DNA of 64,000 nt from Thalia democratica (taxonomy: Eukaryota), in the NCBI GenBank assembly GCA_965202585.1, contig OZ241826.1, forward strand, positions 87,978,001-88,042,000, read 5' to 3'. Position numbers and translations under genes: made by a program. The first letter of the stretch is position 1. Each line of letters begins with the position of its first letter. The notes beneath the pieces are model-generated. The model saw only the letters and a program-made list of their open reading frames with translations, was not told where the DNA came from and made no database searches. Shown piece by piece: positions 12,704-24,075 of this stretch.

Positions 12704-13729
12704 ATTTTGTTTAAATGTTGATGTAGAATTAGTATAGCAAATAAATAATATAAATTTTCTGAGATCACTACGTAGAAATAGTTGCGAAACAAAATTTAAA
12801 TTGTGATTTGTTTATAGTCCCAATTAAGCCAAACATAAAATAAATTAATTTACTTTCGGCAATGCAAAATAAAACTGTATTTTGATTGAAATGAAGTCAG
12901 CAAACTAACGTGATATACGTTTTGTTTCTTTTAATCTTATATATTTTTTAATTATAAATACATTTTTAATAGAGTGCTTGAATTTTGCTCACATTTATTA
13001 TTTGTAACCTGTTCAATTTATTGTAGTATTTTTTATCAATACTAATTTAGAGTGAAATATTAAATATGATTAAAGAGAGTTGTCTTGTCTTTAAATTTAA
13101 TAGCTTTTCTTAATGTTTAATAATTTAAAAAAATTAACACTTTAGCCAATTTTTTGTTGCTTTATTGTTTTATTTGTTAGTTTCGAACTAAGTTACTTTT
13201 TTGCACTGTTATACGTCTTGTACCAAACTTCATCACATTTTGTTCTTATTTTTACTGTTAACTAATATTTTTTCATTCAACTCTTTCCGAATTGAAACAG
13301 CTGGTAATTATATGCCTGTAAGAAACAAATGTATGATGATAAATCCTGTATTAAAAAATGTACTGTTTTATGCTACTTATTAAATTTTGTAATAAGTTAA
13401 TATGTTTAGCAAAATGCATTTTATTTTAAATTTAGCTAGCTGAAGATTAAGGCGTCTAGTCTTATGAAACACGTGTACCAGTATTTTTAAAATCTTATTT
13501 TTCTAATAAATATATATAAATAGGTTATTATTTAAACTTGAACACCTTCTACTGAGCCCATATGAGATGCACAATATTAATGTTTTTTGTTTTTTTGTAT
13601 AAGTTTTGCATTTTTGTTTAGTAAAGTGCTTTTTATTTTTAATTGAACTGATCATTAAAGCGTTTAGCTTTATGAAACATATATAACAGTATTATTAAAA
13701 TCGTACTTTCCAATAAATTATATATACAT

Positions 13730-14034
13730 AAAGGTTTATTTCAAAATGTAAAACTTGAAGAACTCGAGTTTCGTGCTTATGCACTCATCAAAATTAAAAA
13801 CAAGTTCAAAATAAAGCACAAAACAAAATATGATGAAGTTTGGTATCAGACGCATATCATTACAAAAAATAACTTACTTCGAAACTAACAACTAAAATAA
13901 CGAAGCATATACATTATATAAGCTTTCATTTGTATGTTTTATTTTGTGCTTTATTTTGAACTTGTTTTGAATTTGATGAGTGCATAAGCACAAAAGTTAA
14001 GTTCTTCAAGTTTTTTATCTTGAAATAAATCTTT
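13730..14034. mobile_element. Foldback / long inverted repeat (arms ~105 bp), MITE-like
   Basis: 13730-13835 (aaggtttatttcaaaatgtaaaacttgaagaactc...gcttatgcactcatcaaa...aacaagttcaaaataaagcacaaaa) is the reverse complement of 13930-14034. Confidence 0.8.
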
Positions 14035-15469
14035 TCATTAATAAAGCCCTTAAGGTGGACTCCGTGTGAAAGATTAAATTTATTAAGTTATTCAACTTAT
14101 TTCTATTTATATTTATATATAATAGAACTGAGTTATTAAAATGAATCAGTCATCACTAAGCCTGCTTGTAAGGGTTTTTTTTAAATTTGATCAAGGTAAA
14201 GATTCAAAAAAAAATCTGTTTCATGTAAATTTCCAACAAAAACAAATTTTCGAAATTTGGTCGAATATTTCATGTTTATAATTTAGTTGTTAACTTGAAG
14301 TATTTTTTAATTTTATGCTTTTATACGCTTTTGAAAAAATTTGAAACCATGTCATTATTCTGTTCTTGAATTTGTTTGATCCTTTATTAATGATTTAAGT
14401 ATATAGCCCTACTAAAAGTATATAAAGTTTAAAACAAGTAGCTTAATTATATATTGTTTTTTTCTTTTATTTTTTATATTTATTAAATGATCTATTTATA
14501 ATGTATATACGTAAACATATTTTTGGTGTAAACGTATTCTTAACTCATTTTTATGTAAAAGTTATTAAATTAAAGTCATATACTATAAGCATTATCTTTA
14601 ACTAGAAAATATCTAAATGTTCATTGGATTGTTGAACTCTTTTTAAATCTGTACAACTAAAAAAAGTTTAAAAGTTGACATTCAAATAACTTTAAGAAAA
14701 AGTTTTAACTTTTTTTTTACAAATTTAGTTTTAAAAAAAATCGTTGAAATTAACACACTTTCATTTTAAATACATTATTAATACCTATGTAATCTAAAAT
14801 ATTAGTGCAACAAAATGCTTTAAAGTTTTAAAAAATACACAAGTATATTAAAAAAAATTATTTTAAAATAGAAGAGGGGATGTTGAAACTTTTAAATACA
14901 AATTTAGAGAGATACACATTGTAGATTTATAATAAAAAACTTATGTAAACGGTAGTTGTACTGTAATTTTTAAATTTGTTATGTAACTGATAGATATATA
15001 TCTTATCATTTAAGTCTTTTTGTACACTTAGTTGTTTTAACATTAATTTTTAGTTACTTTGCACAGCTTTTCCCTTCATAATGACTAATGAAAAGTCGAA
15101 ACAGTGTCATAATTTTTAAATAAACTATAAATCTAGTATCTGTATCTCTTGAAGTTAGTATTTTATTTGAAACTTTTCACTTTGCACATGAAACTTAGTG
15201 GTTCCTAAAAAAATTCATGATTGTTTTTGTATCAAAGCGTTTTAATTATTTCTGTTATCAAAAAAAAAAAGATAATTTAAAAACAAAACTTTGATAATGA
15301 ACAAAAGCTTAGATTATTTACATAAAACTGTTAGGCATTTGTTACATCGACGACAATCTACAAACAAGGAATGTTATAAATTTTTCTCCTAATCACTTTA
15401 GCACGCACAATATATAGATGTTTACTTGTGCATAGGTTTATAAATGTTAAAACTTGCATTCTATCGCCT

Positions 15470-15541
15470 TCCCAGGTGGTCTAGTGGTTAGGATTCGTGG
15501 CTCTCACCCACGCGGCCCGTGTTCGATTCCCGTTCTGGGAA
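15470..15541 (+). tRNA. tRNA-Glu(CTC), with T-stem mismatches (possibly degenerating)
   Basis: TCCCAGGTGGTCTAGTGGTTAGGATTCGTGGCTCTCACCCACGCGGCCCGTGTTCGATTCCCGTTCTGGGAA; anticodon CTC; T7 terminator; T stem CCGTG/CCCGT has two mismatches. Confidence 0.85.
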
Positions 15542-18500
15542 TTTTTTTAAAACATATTTTAAAAAAAATTTATACTCTTTTATGTGTTTAATTTAGTTAA
15601 AATTTTAACAGTAAAAATATTTTAACAAAAATCCAAAGAACTTAAAACATATTTCTCTATTAAGAACTTAGAATAAAACTTTGTAGTTGATGGCTTTCAA
15701 AAGTGTATTTAACTAATGCTAAACTAAAAAAATTGTAATAATTTTAAACCAAACAACGTTCTATTAACTATCATAATAAAATTCAATTGCAACATTAAAC
15801 TAAAAGAATAAATTAAAAAATAAGATTTCAGTATTTTAAGTATATTGTTCGAAAGGTTTTTAATATGTTCAAATTAACATTTAATTAAGTTTAATGATAA
15901 CAACAAAAAAATATTTATCAATATAAGGTTTATAAGATTTATTATAATATATTGACATATATTTAATATATAAACAACTAAATATTAATATATTTAGTTG
16001 TTTATTGAACTAATGCTAAATTTAGAGAGTTTTAATAATTTTAAACCAAACAACGTTCTATTAATATTGGAATTGTTTGTATTAATAATTAACCTTAAAG
16101 TTATAAAGTTCTCAGAAAAAGTTTGTTTCAGCCTTATTAAATTAATTGTTTAAATTAGATATTATGAAAAATAATAATTTAAGGTTTTTAAGAATTACTT
16201 TAACATCTATATTTCAAACATTATCACACTATAAAGTGACTGATGAACTTTTTTTAGAAATAGTGTTTGCGTAACAACTGTTTCAAATAAATAATCATGT
16301 TTTATTTTAATTTAAATCTTCATATAAGCTTAATTCCATTTTTATGACATTCAAACACATATTAATTTTTATATTAATTTTGAAATAGTACTTTTAAAAA
16401 TTGTTATTAGACACACAAATTTGAAAAATATTTTAAATTTAATTTTAAAGCCATAGAAAATAAATTTTTTGTGTAGTTTAATTAAGCACAGGTGAATCAA
16501 AAATAAATTAACAAAATAAATAATTTATTTATAAACTGCATATAGTGTTTCAGATAGCATTAGTAATTTATTAGTCGTGATTAACTAAAAACTTTTGTTA
16601 GAAATGTGTCTATTATTAAATTTAAATTAAATTACTCTAGGTGTACAACACTTTTTGAAATAAAGCTATGTTTTCATTATAAAGCATGTTACAAAAGTAC
16701 AGTGCTATAATAAATAAAAGAACTTTTTTTAAAATGACTAAATAACTTTAAACTAGAATTTTAAAATGTAAAGTTTACTGTAATTAACTGAAACTGCAAC
16801 AAGTTTCTAGATTAATATTTAAGTCTTATTATTTCAAACATCAAAATGAAACAAAAACTGTCTCGATTCTAAGGAAGATTTAAATTAAATATACAAATTT
16901 CAAATTGTCTATATAAAGTACTTTTTGAAAAGTTTAACTAGGTTGCTGTTTTGTAGCCATAAACCTAAATTGCTTAAAGAAAATTCACTAATTGTAGTTT
17001 TTCCTTACACTGTGTTTGGTTTTGTTTTTTTGCTAAATAATTTAAATCTCAATTTTTTCTTGTGAAAACTGAGAATTAAGCCAAAATTTTTTTTTGGTAT
17101 TTTTGTATAACTGTTTGATAAATATACTTCATAAAAATTTAGATTATGAGTGTTGAACTCACAGTCACGACATGTAAACGATAGAAATCATTAGTTTTTT
17201 TTTAGTGCTGGACCAGCGTAGATTCCCAAAGTGGGCGACTTTAGTTGTAAGGGCATAATCTAGTATTATGGAAAATGAGTTATTTAAGTATTAATTGTAT
17301 ATATGCAGGCTAGGTGTTTTTTTTTTACCAAGTGGGCGATTAGTTGAAGGCCCTGATTCTATTTAGACAAAAATTGCTTGCATTGTTTATATAACAGGGA
17401 TATGTGTAACTACTTTTTACAAGAGGTGGAAAAGTTTTTTGTATAAGAATATAGTATTTTTTATAGTAGCTTTTATTCAACAATTTAATAAATTACATAA
17501 ATTTTTGTAAATTCTTATGTATATATAAATGTTTTAAGTTTAAAAAATTTGAAACTATCAGTAAACTAGCATGCAAAGAATTAATAAGTAGTTCAGTTCT
17601 TTAATTTAAGCAATTAATTTAAACAGAACCTTAGTCCTGTTTTAATTGACAATGGAAATTGACTTTCGTTTATTTGCAAAACATTATCAATAAAAAAAGC
17701 TGCAAATTACACAATTAAAAATAATACAATAGTTATGTTAAGAAAATTAATAGTAAGATTATAAGATAAAATTATTAACAAAAACTTTCAACGATTTCAA
17801 AAGTTTTTAAAACGTTTTAAATTATAATGAAACAAATAATGTTACATAATTACAACGTAAGCTCTATAAACTTAAGTTTCAACAAACTAACTCAACTCAA
17901 AAACGCATACAAGTAAACTAGCTAAATCATTCATATAAGTTTGTATAACCTTCCCTATTTTATAATTATCAGTATGAAACACAAAATGTGTTTTAAATAA
18001 GTAGATTCTTTACACTTATCAAATAACTAAAATTTCTATGGAACCTTTTCCATTTGTTTCAGTGTTCTTAAATTAAAACTATATTTATTCTGGACTACAC
18101 ATGTTTCTTCGCATTTTTAACAATGAGTTGAATGTATTTCAAAAAATTTAAAATTTAAATTCAATTTGTTTTTCTCTTTTTTTACTTGTTGTTATGAAAT
18201 TTCATCTACGTTTTTTTGTAAGTGCTGCATACATCACATAATAAAAAACTTTAGTTGCTGTTATTGAGAAGTACGTTATGTTCATTTCTAGCTGTACTAC
18301 TATATTTTTTGTAAATAAGAAAAAAGTTTTGTTACAAATGAGAATACTTATAACAAAAAACGCAATTTTATTCAACTCGGAATTCAACTACTATAATTAG
18401 AATAGATAGTAGAATAATAACTTGTCTCTACTAAAAATTATTAATTTGCTGTCCAGACAAACAGTTAACTTATATGTTGACAGTCGTGAAAAAACGGTAA

Positions 18501-19182
18501 TATATATAATCCTAATTTTAATAAAACAGTTATAATTATTTTTAAAGAGTCTACAGTTTTTGGATTTAAAATACTTGCTAATACTTTAGTTTTAAACAAG
18601 ATTACAACTTCTGATAAAACAAACTTATTTCTGTTCTTTAAATAGTTATTTTTCCTTCTAGAAATTTACGGATTTTTTAGAGGTAAAATTTTTATCGTCG
18701 TATTCTATAATATTACTCTATAAAGAACTATTTTTAAAAATTATGTAATATACCAATTCTTAGTTACAATTTTTGTAACTGAATAATAGAAAAGAGTTTA
18801 GAATGTTTTATTTTTTTCTTTTATTCTTTAAATGCTAAATTTCAAGAACCAATTTATTAACTTAGTTATACGCTGTAGGTTGCTGACTAAAATTTAAAAT
18901 TACAAATAGTTAATTGAGCCGCGAATTCAAATAAAGTGTTGATTGGAAAGGGAATTTTCCCAGTATAAAACAATTACTTTTCAAAGGGTGTAAAAATAAC
19001 AAATAATGTATAAGTTCAAAACTAAGTATAAAGGTATTAAATTTTCCACTTTTCTAAATTATTCAGTACAAATTAAAAACACCTACTTAATCTTTTAAGT
19101 ATTGCTGTAAAATTCATCTAGTTCAAGTTAAAATAACGATTAGAATTAACTATTTTCAATTCAATCAATTTTATTTTTAAAG

Positions 19183-19345
19183 CAGGGTTGGCACACACTC
19201 AGGATACTATGAATACCTCAAAACAGTTTGAGTTCTTTTTAGTTTTAACATGACTCCGAATAACTCAAGCCATTTTGATTTTATTTTTAGATTTTTAAAT
19301 GATTTTAGAAAAATCGTAGTCAACTTTTTTTCTAGATCTTGAATG
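19183..19345. mobile_element. Partial hAT-like MITE (CAGGGTTG(G/C)CACACACTCAGG family)
   Basis: Left end cagggttggcacacactcaggatact... shared with 20875-21291, 22277-22601 and a fragment near 41720-41810. Confidence 0.6.
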
Positions 19346-19829
19346 ATATTTAGTTCAGTTTTGTTTAAAGCCCTTTAAACTTAGTTTAAATTTGATATAT
19401 TATAACTAATTTGTTTTTTTAAAACTTATCTTTATAGACTTTAAAAAGTTTTTTCTATCTAATATTACAAAAAATAAAATATTTTAGAAAGACTTAGGAA
19501 AATTTCAAAATCATTATAAAACCAGGAATTTCAAATTATGTTACTTTAAAAGTAAACTTAAAAGTACACCTAAACATGTTACAGGACACACTTTCATATT
19601 ATTTCCTTTTAACTAATATTTGTTATGGGAAAAACTGTAAAATTGATTGAAAAAATCTTTTTAATTGTAATAAATAATTTTATTGATAGCTAATAAATCA
19701 AAGTATATTCTAAAGTTTTCAACCCAAGTTAAATCAAAAAATATTAATCAAAAATAAAAATCCGATCAAGTGTAAGGTATAGGGGTAACGATAATAGAAA
19801 AAATTAAAGCAATGTACATTCATTTAAAT

Positions 19830-20149
19830 CAGGGATTCCTAAACTTTTTAAATGGCCCCCTTCAAAGAAACTAAAAAGGCTATAGCCCCCTTCAACATGA
19901 CTACTCAAAAAAGACCTTTTTTTTTCTTCATTTAAAACTCAATAATGTCTAGTGTAAATTTCAAAATTACTGAAAAAACACCTAGGACCTTTGTTTTTTG
20001 CTCTTTATCTGTAACTCCAGAATATCTAGTGTAAGTTTTAAAATTTTATGACAGTCAAAATTTCTAAAAACGTTCCCCCACCCATTCCGCCCCTTTACTA
20101 GTTATTGCCCCCCGACTTACCAAAAAGCTGCCGACTGTGCAAAACCCTG
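19830..20149. mobile_element. hAT-type MITE, 320 bp
   Basis: Ends CAGGG...CCCTG with perfect 8-bp TSD ATTTAAAT (19822-19829, 20150-20157); same family in reverse orientation at 42064-42322. Confidence 0.9.
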
Positions 20150-20874
20150 ATTTAAATAAACTAAAATTATGCAGAGCATTATTTAAAGCAGAGGAATTTA
20201 ATTAGTTATTATTTTTATTTAAGTGATTATTGCTCTTATTTTATGCTAAATTTTAGAATTTTAATTAATTTTTGTTTTAGGTTTTGCTTGATTAATTAAT
20301 TTCTGAAGCAATTACAAGGCTTTATAAGTTAAAAATTTTCATGATTTTGTAACATTGATGAAAATTGGTTGAAATATATTTGTTTATAGTAAAATACTTT
20401 ATTTGTTTTAAATTCAGTACAGTAGCAGACTTATGTTTAAAATCTGTAGTTTGTTTTATTATAAAACATAATTAAAGTGTGTTCATATTATTTTGTAAAT
20501 TTAAAGTCTCTTTCAAACTTAGTTCAAAACTGTAATTAGAAATGAGCAAATAACTTGTATTCTAGAAAACGTTTAAGAATACAAGAAATTTTTGAAAACA
20601 TTTTTGAAAAATAAAAACCCAGTCTAAACAAAGTCAGGCTAACTCTGGCTAGTTTTTTTTAGTCATGCTAGTTTTTCATCTTTAGTTAGATATTCTTTTA
20701 AACAGGACAAAAATATTTGCTCGTATAAAACCTAGAAAAACACTAGAAAATCTAAAAGAAAAAAAAAAGACTAAAAGTTTTTATGTCACTATTGATTATT
20801 CGGTAAAAATAAACACACATTATTAACTCTTTTGTTAAATTCACAAAAATAAAGCATTGGATCTGTAGCACTAA

Positions 20875-21291
20875 CAGGGTTGCCACACACTCAAGATATT
20901 TAAAAGTTTTTAAAATTTCAGTTTTACTCCGGATAACTTAAGTTATTTTGAATTTTGTTATTTAACTCAGGTTAGTTTTGTTTTTATTTTTTATAAAACT
21001 CACTCAGGTAGTTATAGGTTTTTAAAATAAGCTCAGGACATATTTTTTCTATATTTTAAATGTTTTTCATTATTTAGTTTTTTATAACTTACTTTCTTGA
21101 ACTTAATTTTTATTAATTTCTTTAAATCCGATAAACTTTTTTAATACTTGAAAACTCATTTTCCAAATCATAACTTAATTTTTTTTTAAGTTAAAAACAC
21201 TCACTGCAATTATTTAAGTTTATGACAAAACCTTTATAGACATCTTTTGGTAACTCACGACAGTTTTTTAACTCAAATAGTTGCAACCCTG
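20875..21291. mobile_element. hAT-like MITE (CAGGGTTGCCAC...GTTGCAACCCTG)
   Basis: TIRs CAGGGTTGC / GCAACCCTG; TSD not preserved. Confidence 0.7.
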
Positions 21292-21766
21292 TAATATGAT
21301 TAACACAACAGGGGTTAAAATCAAAAAACAGAAATATTAAATCAAAAAGATTTTTTCGTTCATATTTTAAGTTTTTTTTTTATTATGTTTTATAGAGTTA
21401 CTCAAAGTTTCCAAATTTCAAGATGAAACATAGTTAAATTTATTTATTTTTACATAATTTAAGTAAACAATTTTCCATACACTTAAATAATTGCAGTGAG
21501 TGTTTTCTACTTAAAAAAACTAAGTTGCGAATTGAAAAATAAAATAATTGTTTTTAAACTCAATTTAGATTTTAGTCAACGATTAGAACTAAGAATACAA
21601 ATCACAGCTCATGATTTTGTAGAGCAAATCTAATGATAAATGACTGAAAATATTCTTAGTAAAATATATGGAAAATTTGAAATTGATAAACATAATGTTT
21701 GATAACATAAAGTGAAATTTAAAAACTTTAAACATTAAAGTATTATTACAGCTTTCTGTTTTAACA

Positions 21767-24075
21767 ATGTCTGATTTTTACAACAACAAAGCAGCATGCG
21801 ATGAGTTTTTAACAAGGGTTGTTAACCTGATTAAAAGGAGAGTAAGCAGTCTGAAGGGTGTTTGTTCAGTTGCGAGCGACACTGCTAACATCAAGTTTAA
21901 AGAAAGGGGTGGCATTTACAACGGTAGAAGTTACTGCGGAATTCAAATTTCAATCAAGCGGGAAAACCAAACTCCAATGAGAAGCAATAAACTTCCTTAT
22001 GGCTGTTAGTTAATAATTTAAAACCTTAGGTTATACAAGCTTTAAAAAGTAGTAATGTACATTGAACTTTAAAAAAACTTAATATTTATTATATAAAAAA
22101 AAAATATTGTTAAAATATTCTGTTGATAATTTTAAATACCTTAGGTTATTAAAGTTTTTGTAAAGTAATAATGTACATTGAACTTTTAAAACACTTATTA
22201 TTTGTTTTTACAGTTTTTTGTTACCAATTGTTTATAGTTCGTTGTTTATTTAATAAATAAAATTGATACTTATAATCAGTGTTGCCAAAGACTAAACCAG
22301 GAAAACTCAAGATGTTTTGAGTTTTTTTTATAAACTTGATCTGAATCCGCATTATTTTTGTATATAAAAAACTCGGGAAAGTTAAGGGAATCTCTTGAAC
22401 TTCACGCTTTTTTTTAGTTAAATCAGATTTAGTTAGTTAGTTTTGAAAATGTTGTTATGTTATAACTGATTTAGTTTGGAGCTTCATTTAAATAAATTAA
22501 AAAAAAAACATTTATATAAGGCTTTGTATATACCCAGGATAACTCAACAAAGTTAACAGTCAGTCATTACAGTTATTATGATCTAAAAAATGGCAACCCT
22601 GCATAACACCGAGAACAAATTTTAATCAAAATGTTCTATTTTAACCACTAAAAAACTTTTCTTTTAGACAAAATCAACTTAATGAACATTAATATTTTTT
22701 ATTTATTTTAGGTGCTTATTATCCAGTGTTTCCCATCGTATCCGGCCGGTTGTTAGTGGAAGGATACTATGGTGAGTTGGTTGTGAGAAATGCTGACTGT
22801 CAAGATCCTATTTTTCTTTGGAGTTCTCAAGATGAGTTGCTTGACAGCATTAAAAGTTTGAACGAAAATTCCAATGTTAGTATTCAAATTAATTAAACTT
22901 AAGTTTGTCTCACAGCACATTATTTAGCTTTCAATTTTTTATTTCAAGTATGGAGTTATCATTTTCTTATAGATAATTCAACCAGGGAGTATAAGATTTA
23001 TATATCAAGCAGTTAAATGTATGTTAAGGTTATCCATACTCAACTTTATTACTATAAGTACCAGCGTTTACATTTTTGAAAACAAGTGCTATCTCTCTAA
23101 ATGCTAATAATTTAAAAAATTAAAACTAGTTGAGCTTTTAAAAAACAATAAGAAATAAAAAAAAATAACTCAACCGACGACAAACGACACAGCATTTAAA
23201 ACAACCTACGACCGGTTTCTTTTTTATCATCAATTAAAAACAAGAATAAAAATCACTATTCAATTTTTGTACTGTAAATTTATGCTTATTAGAATGCATT
23301 CGAAGTAAAATACAACTATACTTAATAGTGTCTTAAAAAAAATCCAACACTAAGATTAATAAAAATATTGTTATCAGCAAATATCATTGCAGTTTTCATC
23401 TGACAAACCTGATTTTTACAACGACAAAGAAGCTCGCGATAATTTTTTAAAGGAGGTTCTTGACAAACTCCACTATGAATTGAACATTCAGGTTTTGGTG
23501 GATTCTGAAAACAACTTTGTTGGCACTTATCTAGTTGCAAGCGACATTGCTAACATAAGGTTTCTCGAGAAGGATGGAAGCTACGACGGTAGAAGCTACT
23601 GCGGAATTCAAATTTCTATACTGTCAAGATTCCAAGCTCCTGTGAGAAGCAAGAAGTTTCATAATGAGCGTTAGTTAAGTTTTAATTGATAATTTAATGT
23701 TCGGTATCATAAGGTGTTAAAAAGTAAAGATATACGTAGATTTTTTAAATAAAAACTTTAGTTTGAAAAACAAAGCTGTTTTTTTTAAATATTGTTGATT
23801 TTTTTGTCCCTAACAGTCGCTATTTGTTTTTATATTTGAAGAAAACTTAAATATAACAACTTTTTAACTAACAATTTTTAGTCAAAACAAAACCACCTAA
23901 ATAAACATTTACTTTAGGAACTGCCTCAGCGTTTCCCGTCATATCTGGCAGATTGTTGACTCGTCGCCTTGGGTATCAGGAGTTCGTTGCGAGGGAAGAT
24001 AGTCAGGATCCATTTTTCCTGTGGACTTCTTACGAAGAGTTAATTGAAAAAATTAAAAAGTTGAATGGAAATTGA
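21767..24075 (+). CDS. Uncharacterised 278-aa protein consisting of two tandem homologous ~135-aa domains (4 exons)
   Basis: Exons 21767-22004, 22712-22875, 23393-23669, 23918-24075; all three donors GTTAGT, acceptors AG; phases 1,0,1 join to 837 nt with a terminal TGA. Both halves share DFYN.K.A.D.FL, VASD.ANI.F.E..G.Y.GRSYCGIQISI, FP..SGRLL and QDP.FLW.S..EL...IK.LN, and the phase-1 intron sits at an equivalent position in each. An AG acceptor 15 nt before the ATG suggests an upstream exon or trans-splice site. Confidence 0.88.
22277..22601. mobile_element. hAT-like MITE in intron 1 of the tandem-domain gene
   Basis: CAGTGTTGCCA ... TGGCAACCCTG termini; internal actcaag/actcagg motifs shared with the 20875 family. 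Confidence 0.7.
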
